From Candidatus Eiseniibacteriota bacterium (GTDB taxonomy: Bacteria > Eisenbacteria > RBG-16-71-46 > CAIMUX01 > VGJL01), in NCBI GenBank assembly GCA_041946735.1, contig JBHGAY010000007.1, positions 100,504-164,503 of the forward strand: a stretch of DNA of 64,000 bases, read 5' to 3'. The first letter of the stretch is position 1. Every line of letters starts with the position of its first letter. Position numbers and translations under genes: made by a program. Positions 38,174-48,256 of the stretch are shown here, piece after piece. The notes below the pieces were generated by a model. That model had not been told where the DNA came from. It did not search any database and saw nothing but the letters and a program-made list of their open reading frames with translations.

Positions 38174-39916
38174 CTACGCGGTCTCGGCCGCGCCTCCGGG
38201 GCGCTGCAAGCCATGCCGCCGGATCCGGTTGTGGAGATGCTGCCGTGAAATGCCGAGTGATTTGGCGGCCTTGCTGACGTTCCAGGAGTTGGAGCCCAGG
38301 GCGTCCACGAGGAGTTGCCTCTCCATATCCTCCCGGAGTCCCCGCAGACCCGCGTCGGGATTCACGGCCGTCCCAGGCGCCGTCCGGCGCTTCCCGGCAG
38401 CGAGCAGCAAATCCTCGACGTCCACAGCGCCGCCCGGTTCCAGGAACACGGCTACCCCCTCGAGAACGTTCCGCAGCTCGCGGACGTTTCCCGGCCAAGG
38501 GTTCTCGACGAGGAAACGGACAGCGGCAGGCGTGAAGCTCGATGGCGGCCGGTGGTGATCCCGGAGCCAGGACTGCAAGAAGTGCTCCGCGAGAAGCAGG
38601 ATGTCTTCTTGGCGGTCGCGCAGGGGCGGCACGGCGAGCGTCACGACGTGAAGCCGGTAATAGAGGTCTTCCCGGAACGTGCCGGATGCGACCGCCGCTT
38701 CGAGGTCCCGGTTGGTGGCCGAAAGGACGCGCACGTTCACGCGCCGCGTCTCGGTTTCGCCGACCCTGCGGATCTCCCGATTCTCCAGGACTCGAAGCAG
38801 CTTCACCTGGAGCGAGAGCGCCATTTCCCCAATCTCGTCCAGGAAGAGCGTTCCGCCCTCGGCCGCTTCGACGAGTCCCAGCTTGTTCTCGATGGATCCC
38901 GTGAAAGCGCCTTTGCGGTGGCCGAACAACTCGCTCTCGAGCAGAGGCTCCGGCAGGGCGCCGCAATGCACGACCTGGAACGGGGCGCTCGCCCGAGCGC
39001 TGCCCATGTGGATCGCCTGGGCGACGAGGTCCTTTCCCGTGCCTGTCTCCCCGAGGATCAGCACCGGGCAGTCGACTTCCTGCAGCTGCCCGATCCTGCG
39101 ACGGACCTCCTCGATCCTGCGGCTTCGCCCGAGAATGGCGCCGAGCCCGGCGGACCCGGGAAGCGCTCGACGCAGATCCCGATTCTCCCGTTCGAGTCCG
39201 GTTCGGGCGTCGACCAGGCGCCGGTGGAGCTGGGCGTTCTCTACGGCGATTGCGGCTTGCGCGGCGAACGCCTCGAGCACGCTCGAGTCTTGCAACGCCG
39301 GTAGGCTCTGCGCACGAGTGCTGTCGAGGTAGAGAACGCCGATCGCCGTCTCCCGCGACATCATCGGGACGCAGACGATCGTGTCGAGACCGAGCGCCGC
39401 GATGCTTTTCTGGTTCCGGTATGCATCGTTGTCGAGCGCCCCGGTGACCTTCTGGGTAACCCCTCGACCGAATGCCGACTGCGCGACAGACAAGGTGAAT
39501 GGGCTGGCAGCCGGATTCTCGATCCTCCCGCCATCGCGCTCGTGGCCGCATACCACCGAGAGCTTCCCAGCGCCGTCGTTGAGGAGGAGCAATCCTCGGT
39601 CGACTCCCGTGAGAGCGACGACTTCCTGGAGGATCTCGCCGAGCAGCGCATCGAGATCAAGGATGGAAGAGAGGGAGCGGGCGCAGCGAATGAGCCGCCC
39701 GAAGATCTCGTTCCTCTCCTCCAGAAGACCTTTCTCGCGGCGCATGCGCTCCACTTCGCGAGCCAGCTCGGTGTCAATGAGGCCGGAGCGCTCCGCGGAT
39801 GTCACTCCTCGGTTCAGACCTTGCAGCAACTCCTGGGCCTTGGAGCTGATCGAGGGAGCCGGCGGCTCCTGGACGGATTCCGGAAGCTTCTTCGTCGGGT
39901 CGGGGATCGGGTTCAT
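38174..39916 (-). CDS. GAF-domain sigma54-dependent enhancer-binding protein (Fis HTH)
   Basis: GAF (IVCVPM...IGVLYLDS...FAAQAAIAVEN), GETGTGKD, ESELFGHRKGAFTGS, LFLDEIGEM, FREDLYYRL, WPGNVREL, NVSKAAKSLGISR; ATGA overlap with the kinase gene. Confidence 0.95.
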   Translation of the reverse strand: MNPIPDPTKKLPESVQEPPAPSISSKAQELLQGLNRGVTSAERSGLIDTELAREVERMRREKGLLEERNEIFGRLIRCARSLSSILDLDALLGEILQEVVALTGVDRGLLLLNDGAGKLSVVCGHERDGGRIENPAASPFTLSVAQSAFGRGVTQKVTGALDNDAYRNQKSIAALGLDTIVCVPMMSRETAIGVLYLDSTRAQSLPALQDSSVLEAFAAQAAIAVENAQLHRRLVDARTGLERENRDLRRALPGSAGLGAILGRSRRIEEVRRRIGQLQEVDCPVLILGETGTGKDLVAQAIHMGSARASAPFQVVHCGALPEPLLESELFGHRKGAFTGSIENKLGLVEAAEGGTLFLDEIGEMALSLQVKLLRVLENREIRRVGETETRRVNVRVLSATNRDLEAAVASGTFREDLYYRLHVVTLAVPPLRDRQEDILLLAEHFLQSWLRDHHRPPSSFTPAAVRFLVENPWPGNVRELRNVLEGVAVFLEPGGAVDVEDLLLAAGKRRTAPGTAVNPDAGLRGLREDMERQLLVDALGSNSWNVSKAAKSLGISRQHLHNRIRRHGLQRPGGAAETA

Positions 39917-42900
39917 GGTAGGAAGACCTCCAGGTCGGTTGCGGCGCGGGGAAGCGAGCCCGCAGGAAGGGCCTCCCCGTTGCACCAGGCCAGGAAACGT
40001 CGCGGCTCCGGCAACAAGATGAAGGACTCACGCAGAGGATCGGACCCCACACGGTCGAGGTGCTCGCGAAGCGCGTCGCGAGCGTGGAGGATCGAGTCGA
40101 CGACCGCATAGTGGTCGCCCGCCCGTTGCTGCAGAGCCGCGTTCGCGGCGTGGATGCGCCACGGCCAGGAACCGAGACCGCTCTCGTTGGCGATGCGAGC
40201 CGCCTTCGTGAGCTTCTCCAGGGCGGCCTGATCCGCGAAGCGACCTTCTGCGGCGAGAATCATGGCTCCCACGAACGACAGGATGAGGGACAGTTCGCCG
40301 CGCTGTTGGGAGGTCATGAGAGAAGCGGCCTCGCCGGCGTCAGCTCTCGCCTGGTCTATGCGACCCAGAACGGAGGCGATCGCCGCGCGGTCGAGTAGGC
40401 CTCTCGCCTTCTCGTCCCAGGCTTCGAGCGCTTCCGCCGCCTCGATCGATTCCGTGAGAGTCTGCAACGCCTTCTCTGGATCGCCTTCGAGCCGGAGGAG
40501 GATGGCGCGCTGGCGGAGGGCGAAGGGACGGTCCAGCCCCGAGGTGGCCCCGTCGATCCAACCGGCGGTCGAGTCGAGAGCGGACCTGGCGGCGTCGAGC
40601 AGGCCGGCGGAAATCAGGATCGACGCCTCCAAGACTTGCGAGCTTGCCACCGCATCGGCATGCGGAGCGAGGGCGATTGCCTGTCTCGCCTGCTCGATCG
40701 CCTCGAGCCATTCGCCTTGCGAGGCCAGGACTGCGGCGAGGTTGTGGTGCCGGATCGAAGCACCAACAGGCGCACTGCTTTCACTGCACGCGGCGCGAAG
40801 AACCTCTGCACTCCTTGCGAGCTTCCCCTGCTCGTACCAGACTCCTCCGAGGTTCACGCGAGCGAGTTGCTGGTTCATCGCGTCGCCCGCCTCATCGGCG
40901 GCCTGGAGACAAAGTTCGAAGCATCGACAGGCTTCCTCGAAATTCCCTCGCTGAAAGGCGACGGACCCGAGGGCCGCAGACCCACGGGTACGCGCGGCAG
41001 GATCGGGAGAGTGAATCGCCTCGCGACAGATCACGCTGGCCTTCTCGACGATCTCCTCGTGTCCGGCCTGGGTGGCGAACGTGCAGAGCTGCGAGGCAGT
41101 AGCCAGGATCAGATGCAATGGTTCGCCAGACCTCCAAGCCCCGAGGAGGCGAGCACCGGCCGCGAAGGCCTCGGCCGATCGTCCGGTTTGAAGAAGGCCG
41201 GAGATCCTCATACCTTCCGCTCGCTGCTGCACCGGCGGATCCTGCTCCGCGACCTCCGCCAGGATCTCCAGCACGTCCTCCCATCTCGCCGCCCGGGCTG
41301 CGAGACGGGCTTCGAGGAGCCGCCGCACGTCCGGGCGAAGACGGGAAGCTTCACGCGCGAGGAGGGGGAAGCAGAGAGCGGGATCGGCGAGATCGATCGC
41401 GAGGAGCGCCTCCTTCTCCAGCAGATCGGCTGCCGCGTGCTCGCCGAGCCACTCGCGCGCTCCGGCGAGAAGCTGAACGGCCTCGCCGAGCCGCCCGGCG
41501 GCGCAGAGACGATCGACGGCCTCGCGCAGGGTGCGCTGCAGCGTGAAGCGATCGCGACCGGCTAGAGCGTGCTCCGCCTCGCTCACGACGTCGGCGCCCG
41601 CTCGCACGGCGAGGTCGCGATGGGCCGCGCGGACCTCCTCCTCACCCGCGACGACTCGCAGGCTTTCTGTATCCCAAGGAGGATCGCCGGGACGGACGCG
41701 ACCGTCACCGCTCGCGCTGCGGATCAAGCTCGCCCGCTCCAGCTCCGCTCGCTCCCCCGATTCGGCGGGCGCGGACGGCATCTCCTCCACGCGCCGCGCG
41801 GCCAGCGCCGAGGCGAGCGCCCGCCTCGCGCCTCCCGACAGGGACGCGCCGCTCGCCGCCGCGAGGCTTCGCCGCTGGCGCCGAGCCGCTCGGACCGCCT
41901 CCTCTCCCCCGCGCCTCTCCTCGATTCGCAGCCGGAGCAGGAGCGGAGTCCAGTCCGCTTCTCCCCCCTCCGGCTCGAGGCCATACGCCTCGAGAGCCGC
42001 GCGCGCTCCTTCCTCGCCGATCGCTCCCCTTTCGACCGTCCACTCGCCAGCGCGCCCCTTCCCGATGCGTGCGAGCAAGCGCCCATCGGAGGCAAGGAGC
42101 CGGCCGTCCTGCTCGACGATCGCATCGATCCCCTCGACTGCCGCCAGGGCTTGCAGCCGCTCGAGAAGCCGGCGCCGGCCGGACCCCTCGGGGCCCTCCA
42201 GCGCCCACGCGCGACCTTGTGCCAGGTCGGCGCGCCACTGCTCCTCGACCGCGACGTCGGGAACGAACGGAAGGTCGAGAGGAGCGGGCAGGACGGCGCG
42301 TTCGAGGTACCGTTCGCGGAAGCCTGCGACCAGATGCAGGGACCGCCACACGTCGAGGGCGCAGGCAGGCCGGCCGGCCGGATCGGGATCGAGCAGCGAC
42401 TCCACGATCCGGTCGCAACCCTCAGGGATCTCCGGAACACGATTGCGCAAACGCAAGCGCGGCCGCTGCTGGAGCTGGCGGATCTGGTCGGCGATCTCGC
42501 CGGTCCCGAGCGGGTTCTCTCCCGTCCAGATCTGCACGATGGTGGCGCCGAGAGCGTAGAGGTCCGCCCTGCGATCCCACGTCGAGTGGGACAGGATCTC
42601 CGGCGAGATGAACCCCCAGGTTCCGCGCGGGACGATCGGCTCGGCGAGCGGGGCGGCATAGCCCGGATCGATCAGGCAGGCCCCTCGGCGCTCGTGATGC
42701 AGGATCTGCGCGGGTTTGAGATCGAGATGCGCCAGCCCGAGCGCGTGAAGGACGGCGAGGGCGCCGAGGATCTGCTGAATCGCGTCGAGGCTGCGCGGAT
42801 CCCACCCGGGCGAATGGATTCCCCCGGGCGGCCCGCCGGAAATGTCCTCCATGCGATAGCCGGCCGCCCCGTCAGGAAGATGCACGAAGCCGAGCGGATG

Positions 42901-43125
42901 CACCCAGTGGGGATGGCGCAGCCTCTCGAGAAGCAGGAACTCCCGCGCGAGTCCCGCTCGTGTCGCCTCGCTCGCGCCCGGCCTCGCGAGCTTCAGCACC
43001 TCCGTGTGCCCGTCGGCGGCGTCGCGCAGGCGGAGCACCTCCCGCTCCTCGTTCTGGTAGATCCTCTCGAGGATCTCCAAGGATCGGGAGCCGGGAAGCC
43101 CGGCCATGGCCGTCCGCGACGCCAT
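39913..43125 (-). CDS. Ser/Thr kinase-like, degenerate P-loop and TPR protein
   Basis: VLK, HLDLKPAQIL, IDPGYA, GTWGFISPE, ADLYALG; GPEGSGRRRLL; C-terminal TPR helices (VNLGGVWYEQGKL). Start ATG 43125 (or 43107). Confidence 0.85.
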   Translation of the reverse strand: MASRTAMAGLPGSRSLEILERIYQNEEREVLRLRDAADGHTEVLKLARPGASEATRAGLAREFLLLERLRHPHWVHPLGFVHLPDGAAGYRMEDISGGPPGGIHSPGWDPRSLDAIQQILGALAVLHALGLAHLDLKPAQILHHERRGACLIDPGYAAPLAEPIVPRGTWGFISPEILSHSTWDRRADLYALGATIVQIWTGENPLGTGEIADQIRQLQQRPRLRLRNRVPEIPEGCDRIVESLLDPDPAGRPACALDVWRSLHLVAGFRERYLERAVLPAPLDLPFVPDVAVEEQWRADLAQGRAWALEGPEGSGRRRLLERLQALAAVEGIDAIVEQDGRLLASDGRLLARIGKGRAGEWTVERGAIGEEGARAALEAYGLEPEGGEADWTPLLLRLRIEERRGGEEAVRAARRQRRSLAAASGASLSGGARRALASALAARRVEEMPSAPAESGERAELERASLIRSASGDGRVRPGDPPWDTESLRVVAGEEEVRAAHRDLAVRAGADVVSEAEHALAGRDRFTLQRTLREAVDRLCAAGRLGEAVQLLAGAREWLGEHAAADLLEKEALLAIDLADPALCFPLLAREASRLRPDVRRLLEARLAARAARWEDVLEILAEVAEQDPPVQQRAEGMRISGLLQTGRSAEAFAAGARLLGAWRSGEPLHLILATASQLCTFATQAGHEEIVEKASVICREAIHSPDPAARTRGSAALGSVAFQRGNFEEACRCFELCLQAADEAGDAMNQQLARVNLGGVWYEQGKLARSAEVLRAACSESSAPVGASIRHHNLAAVLASQGEWLEAIEQARQAIALAPHADAVASSQVLEASILISAGLLDAARSALDSTAGWIDGATSGLDRPFALRQRAILLRLEGDPEKALQTLTESIEAAEALEAWDEKARGLLDRAAIASVLGRIDQARADAGEAASLMTSQQRGELSLILSFVGAMILAAEGRFADQAALEKLTKAARIANESGLGSWPWRIHAANAALQQRAGDHYAVVDSILHARDALREHLDRVGSDPLRESFILLPEPRRFLAWCNGEALPAGSLPRAATDLEVFLP

Positions 43126-43136
43126 CCTTCGACCGT

Positions 43137-44864
43137 CTACCTGCGGATCACCCGCACCGCAGCCGCCTGTCCGGACGGAGCCGTCCAGCGCAGCCAATAC
43201 ACGCCGGCGGCGAGGCGGCGTCCGCCGCGGTCCGCGCCGTCCCAAGAGAGCGTCGAGGCTCCGGCAGTCCACGAACGGATGCGCCGTCCCTGGACGTCGA
43301 GCAGCTCGAGCGAACCGTCCGCCTCCGCCGCGCCCACCCCTTCGAGCAAGATGGTCGCCGCGCCGCTGGACGGATTGGGGGAGACGAGGAGGCGAATCGT
43401 CCCGATCGGAGCGAGTTCCGCGACGAGCGAGGGGTCGCGGTGATTGAGGAAGAGGTACTCCCCTTCCGAAGGATCCCAGTTGGAAAGCGCGAGATCGATG
43501 TCGGCGCTGCTCACGTAGATCGCGCGCACGCTCGCTCCGACGGGCGGCGCGGATGGCAGGACGATCCAGGCGTCGTCGGCGTCCAGCTCGATCTGGTCCG
43601 GATCGACCGGCACTCCGTCGACGGTGAGCGAGACGATCTCCCGCACCGGCCGCTGTGGCAGCGTGAAGAGCTTGCGTGAACCGCTCGCGGTCCAGGTCGC
43701 GTCGAGCGCCGCCTGCAGGCCGTCGTTGTCCACGTCCTCCCAGACCTCGTTCTCGATCACGCTGCTCGTCGCGGTCGTGAAGGCCGGGCTCGTCGCCAGC
43801 GCTCCGCCGAGGTTCTCGTAGATCCGGACCGGCCCCCACCACATGCCGGTCGCGAGATCCAGGTCGCCGTCCTCGTCGAGGTCGATCCAGGAGACATGCG
43901 AACCGTAGCCGGTCTGCGCCGATTGCCAGATCGGCGTGGCGCCGAGCGTCCCGCCGGCGTTGCGGTAGACCTTGAAGTGGCCGCTTCCGCCGAGCTGGTT
44001 GTTGTCGGCGATCGCGAGGTCCACCCATCCGTCGGCATCGTAGTCGCCCGCGGCAGCCGTGTTGGCGTAGAGCGAGGCGTCGCCCGAAGACCAGCCGGCC
44101 GAAGGCTCCAGCGTTCCCTCCTCATTGAAATAGACTCGGTTGGGCCCGGAGGAACCGGCGAAGGCCAGGTCGAGCCAGCCGTCGTTGTTGAAGTCCGCCC
44201 AGGTGACATCGAGCGAGTACTCGATCTCGCTGCTCATCCAGGACGGCATCGTTTCCAGCGCCCCTCCCACGTTGCGGAACAGGCGTCTCCTCTCCGGATT
44301 GCCGTTGTAATCCTCCCCCGTGGCGCAGGCGAGGTCGGGACGTCCATCGTTGTCTACGTCTCCGAAGGCGCACGAGAAGCAGTAGAACGATTCGGCCGAC
44401 TGCCAGACCGGCGTCGCGCTGAACGTCCCGTCCCCGTTGCCCTTGTAGAGCTTCACTCTGCCCGGCTGGCTGAACCCGCCGCTCCCCAGATAGACCGCGA
44501 CCGCGCAGTCGAGCGCCCCGTCGCCGTCCACGTCGGCCAGATCGAGGTGGCCGTGGTAATCCACGTCTTGCGAGGTCCAGGTGGGAGCCGCGGCGTAGGT
44601 GCCGTCCCCCTGGTTGCGGTAGACGGCCACGTTCTGGCGGGCCATGTCGTTGCCGTTGGCGACGACGAGGTCGACCCAGCCGTCCCGGTCCAGGTCGCCG
44701 ACAGCGAAGCCCGTCCCGTATAGGTTGTTGGGGTTCGATTCCCAGTCCGGAGTGGAGGAGAGCGAGAAGGTGGCGGCGGCAGGACCGGCGAAAAGCATCG
44801 CGAGAATCAGGGCGGGGAGCAGGCTTCGGCGGACGGGACACAGCCAAGCGCTCCGGCGCGGCAT
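43137..44864 (-). CDS. Exported FG-GAP/VCBS repeat protein with FlgD-Ig/T9SS-like C-terminal domain
   Basis: Signal peptide; repeats GDLDRDGWVDLVVAN, DVDGDGALDCAV, DFNNDGWLDL; C-terminus VSPNPSSG...LLDVQGRRIR...WDGADRGGRRLAAGVYWLR. Confidence 0.9.
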   Translation of the reverse strand: MPRRSAWLCPVRRSLLPALILAMLFAGPAAATFSLSSTPDWESNPNNLYGTGFAVGDLDRDGWVDLVVANGNDMARQNVAVYRNQGDGTYAAAPTWTSQDVDYHGHLDLADVDGDGALDCAVAVYLGSGGFSQPGRVKLYKGNGDGTFSATPVWQSAESFYCFSCAFGDVDNDGRPDLACATGEDYNGNPERRRLFRNVGGALETMPSWMSSEIEYSLDVTWADFNNDGWLDLAFAGSSGPNRVYFNEEGTLEPSAGWSSGDASLYANTAAAGDYDADGWVDLAIADNNQLGGSGHFKVYRNAGGTLGATPIWQSAQTGYGSHVSWIDLDEDGDLDLATGMWWGPVRIYENLGGALATSPAFTTATSSVIENEVWEDVDNDGLQAALDATWTASGSRKLFTLPQRPVREIVSLTVDGVPVDPDQIELDADDAWIVLPSAPPVGASVRAIYVSSADIDLALSNWDPSEGEYLFLNHRDPSLVAELAPIGTIRLLVSPNPSSGAATILLEGVGAAEADGSLELLDVQGRRIRSWTAGASTLSWDGADRGGRRLAAGVYWLRWTAPSGQAAAVRVIRR

Positions 44865-44947
44865 GGAAGACCTCCTTGCGATGGGCTGCTCGATGTCCTT
44901 CCAGAGCCGACCGGTACGCGCATCGGCTGGACTCGTTGCGCGACTAG

Positions 44948-44976
44948 AGTTTAGTGACGGCGCGGAAATGTGTCAA
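44948..44976 (-). promoter_or_regulatory. sigma70-type promoter for the FG-GAP/kinase/bEBP operon
   Basis: TTGACA-17 nt-TAAACT. Confidence 0.75.
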
Positions 44977-45171
44977 GTCTGCGTTACAGAAGGAAGGTGG
45001 AGAATCGGATCGATGCGTTTCGCTACAACAGGAACGGGCACAGCAGCGCATCGCAGAGGGTCGCGGACGAGCCGGCCGGCCGCCCGGGCAGTGCTGACGG
45101 CTTCCCGGGCCGCCCCCAGCGTCAGCCATCCCCAGCGTCAGCCGCCCCCCGGCGTCAGCCGTTCCCCGGCG

Positions 45172-45852
45172 TCAGTCCAGGAAGCGATAGCGCAGGATCG
45201 CGCCGAACGCGGCGAAGCCGTCCTTCATGCGGATCTTCTTGCCGTCGGCGTACCCCCGGCTGTCGTAGCGAATCGGGATCTCCAGGAAGCGAGCGCGCCG
45301 GCGCGCCAGCTTGGCCGTCACCTCCGGCTCGAATCCGAACCGGTCGGAGCGCAGGGGGATCGACTGCAGCAGCTCGCGGCGGACGCACTTGTAGCAGGTT
45401 TCCATGTCGGTCAGGCGGGTCCGGTTCAGGAGGTTCGCGCATCCGGTCAGGAAACGGTTGGCGAGCGTGTGCCAGAACAGGTGCACTCGCTTTCGCTGTC
45501 CCAGGAAGCGCGAGCCGTAGACCACGTCCGCCTTCCCCTCGGCGATCGGCTGGATGAGCAGCGGCAGCTGGGCCGGATCGTACTCGAGGTCGGCGTCCTG
45601 GATGATCACCACCTCGCCGGTCGCTTGCGGGATCGCCGTGCGGATCGCCGCCCCCTTGCCGCGATTGACCGAATGGCGGGAGACGCGCACGCGCGGGTCG
45701 GCGATGCGGGCGATGCGCTCGCTCGTCCCGTCGGTCGAAGCGTCGTCGACGATCAGAAGCTCCAGGTCGAGTGGCACGGCAAGCACGCGCCGCACGATCT
45801 CCTCGATCGTGCCCTGCTCGTTGTAGACGGGCATGATGACGCTGACCTTCAT
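45172..45852 (-). CDS. GT2 glycosyltransferase (DPM1-like)
   Basis: [49 protein letters not shown]. Confidence 0.93.
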   Translation of the reverse strand: MKVSVIMPVYNEQGTIEEIVRRVLAVPLDLELLIVDDASTDGTSERIARIADPRVRVSRHSVNRGKGAAIRTAIPQATGEVVIIQDADLEYDPAQLPLLIQPIAEGKADVVYGSRFLGQRKRVHLFWHTLANRFLTGCANLLNRTRLTDMETCYKCVRRELLQSIPLRSDRFGFEPEVTAKLARRRARFLEIPIRYDSRGYADGKKIRMKDGFAAFGAILRYRFLD

Positions 45853-47096
45853 CCCGAATCGGTTCTCTCTCTGTGTCTCGCCCCGGAGATGGAGCGCGAT
45901 GCGGCCGATGCTAACAGGCCCACGCCGCGCGAGGCAAAGAGGTCGCGGTAGACCCGGTCGACGGCGCCGACCTGCGCTTCGATCCGGTGATGGGCACGTA
46001 CGCGGCGCCGGCCTTCCTCTCCGAGTCGGCGCATCTCGTCCGGGCGCTCCGCGAGCCCCGCGATCGCGTCGGCCCACGCCTCGGCATTCCCGGGGAGCGC
46101 GAGCCCGCAGGGCGGCGAGCCCCCGACCAGCTCGACGAGGCTCGGGATCGCGCGGACGAGCGGCACGATTCCGCGCTCCATCGCCTCGAGGACGATGAGC
46201 GGTTGCCCCTCCCGGAGAGAGGGGAGCAAGAGCAGGTCGATGGCGGCGAGAAAGGGAGCGGGATCGGGGATCTCTCCGAGGAGCCGCACGCGCTCGCCCG
46301 CTGCGGCGCCCAAGCCGCGCACCCCCGCCTCCAGCGCCGGCGCGAGCGAACCGCCGCCCGCAACGGCGAGCGTCCATGGCAGGCGCGTCCGGACGAGCAG
46401 CGCCGATGCGATCGCGGCGAGAAGCAGGGGATCTTTCTCGGGAGCGAGCCGCCCAAGGAATCCGAGCCGCAGAGGACCGCCCGAAGTCTCCCCCGCGCCG
46501 CCTGGCGGCAGCGCGGCCGACGGCGCAACCGACGCCGCAACGGGCATCGCAACAGGCAGAGCAGCGGGCAGCGCGACCGCAGGAGGATCGCGAAGCGGGA
46601 TCCCGTTGCGCACGAGTCGCACACGCTCCTCCGGGAGTCCGCCGCGTCGCAGCCGTTCCCGCTCCGCTTCGCAGACCGCGATCGTCACGTGCGCGAGGCG
46701 CGCCCGCCGCGCTTCGTCGCGCAGGCGCCGTGGATCCGGCGGTTCTCCCACGTCGCCGAGGCCGTGGCGCGTATCGACGATGGCCGGGACCCGCGCAAGG
46801 TGCCCGCCGAGCGCGGCGAGCCTTCCGCAGTGGGTGTGCAACACCGCGAGGCCGATCCGGCGGGCGAGGCGCGCGATCCGCAGCGGATAGAGCGGGTCCC
46901 TGCGGCCGGCTCGGCGAACCCGGTGCAGCGAGAGCCCGGCCGCCTCCATCGCGGCCCGCATCGGTCCGTCGCGCGTGGCGGCGACATGGACGTCCCACCC
47001 GAGGCTTCGGAGTCCCGCCCCGAGCCAAAGGACATGGCGCTCCGTGCCGGCGCGGTCGAGACCGTCGAGGACGAGGAGCACCCGGGGCGGGATCAT
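45849..47096 (-). CDS. GT4 glycosyltransferase
   Basis: [36 protein letters not shown]. Confidence 0.9.
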   Translation of the reverse strand: MIPPRVLLVLDGLDRAGTERHVLWLGAGLRSLGWDVHVAATRDGPMRAAMEAAGLSLHRVRRAGRRDPLYPLRIARLARRIGLAVLHTHCGRLAALGGHLARVPAIVDTRHGLGDVGEPPDPRRLRDEARRARLAHVTIAVCEAERERLRRGGLPEERVRLVRNGIPLRDPPAVALPAALPVAMPVAASVAPSAALPPGGAGETSGGPLRLGFLGRLAPEKDPLLLAAIASALLVRTRLPWTLAVAGGGSLAPALEAGVRGLGAAAGERVRLLGEIPDPAPFLAAIDLLLLPSLREGQPLIVLEAMERGIVPLVRAIPSLVELVGGSPPCGLALPGNAEAWADAIAGLAERPDEMRRLGEEGRRRVRAHHRIEAQVGAVDRVYRDLFASRGVGLLASAASRSISGARHRERTDSG

Positions 47097-47995
47097 GGCG
47101 CGAGCGAGATCGGCCGCGGAACGAAGCAAGCGACGAACACGGCGAGGGCGAGGATTCCGAGAAGAACCCTCCCCCGCGAGATCGTTCCGCCAGGGAGCCG
47201 GACGGCGGGATGCGTCACGCCGAGCAGGAGCAGCAGGCCGACCCAGACCCACCAACCGGGGAACTGCGTGATCGCGAGCACCACGAGGGCCCCGACGACC
47301 GGAAACGCCACCCACCGGCTCTTTGCGCCGAGCAGCCCGTAGAGAACGTGTCCGCCGTCGAGCATCCCGGCGGGGATCAGATTCAGTCCGGTCACGAAGA
47401 GCCCGGTCCAGCCGGCGAGGGCGACGGGATGGAGCACCACGACGTCGGTCGGTCCCAGGGGACCGAGAACGGCCCGCTCCAGCAGGCGGAAGAGGAGCGA
47501 TTCGCCGAGCTGGATGCCGGGCGCCAAGCCATTTCCGGGGAGCACGCGCGAGTGCGCGAGCCCCCAGATCGCCACGGGGATCGCGACGATGACTCCGGCG
47601 ATCGGGCCGGCGATGCCGATGTCGAAGAGCACCTTCCGCTGCCCTGTTCGCAGGCGCATGCGGATGACGGCGCCGAGCGTGCCGAGAAACGAAATCTGCG
47701 GCGGCAGGGGGAGAAAGTACGGCAAGGTCGACGGGATGCGGTAGACCCGGCAAGTCATGTAATGGCCCATCTCGTGCACGAGGAGGATGGCGAGGAGGGC
47801 GAGGGCGTAAGCGAGGCCGTTCGCCAGGGTCGTCGTGAGGAGGGTCAGCGCGAAGAGCACCCCTGGCACGACGAGCGGATGCGGAGCGAGGAGCGGCAGC
47901 CGGCGGCGCGCGCGCATCGGCGGGCCCGGCTCATCGGCGGCCTGCTCGAACGGCTCTGCGGGAAGTGGCGAGATCGGCTCGGGGAGATCCAACAT
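47093..47995 (-). CDS. Site-2 protease (M50)
   Basis: [31 protein letters not shown]. Confidence 0.93.
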   Translation of the reverse strand: MLDLPEPISPLPAEPFEQAADEPGPPMRARRRLPLLAPHPLVVPGVLFALTLLTTTLANGLAYALALLAILLVHEMGHYMTCRVYRIPSTLPYFLPLPPQISFLGTLGAVIRMRLRTGQRKVLFDIGIAGPIAGVIVAIPVAIWGLAHSRVLPGNGLAPGIQLGESLLFRLLERAVLGPLGPTDVVVLHPVALAGWTGLFVTGLNLIPAGMLDGGHVLYGLLGAKSRWVAFPVVGALVVLAITQFPGWWVWVGLLLLLGVTHPAVRLPGGTISRGRVLLGILALAVFVACFVPRPISLAP

Positions 47996-48027
47996 TCCTC
48001 CTGCGGCCCGCGCCGGCGTACGTGGCA

Positions 48028-48067
48028 CGCCTCGGCTCGTGGCGGCGCGCCTCGGCTCGTGGCGACG
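48028..48067. repeat. 2 x 20-bp near-perfect direct repeat in the site-2 protease leader
   Basis: CGCCTCGGCTCGTGGCGRCG twice. Confidence 0.8.
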
Positions 48068-48256
48068 CGCGACGGTTCGCGCCGCAGTATAGCATCGGGG
48101 CTCGCCGCTCCCTCCGAGCCAGGCGGAGCGCGGCGCCACCCGACAAGGCGCTTCGCAGCGCGCCACCCCGCCGTCCCGTAGCCCCTCCGCTGGCGCCGTC
48201 CCGCACCCTCCGCTACGATCCGCTCCGTCGTCCCCGATGCGGACGTGGAGGTGTGG

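Noticed and set aside
43126..44028. ORF-track N-terminal extensions (kinase to 44028; also Wza to 4984, GldG to 24454, proS from 26794, mrp from 53877)
   Set aside because: Arg/Pro-rich off-frame translations overlapping neighbouring genes; RBS or overlap evidence supports the shorter starts
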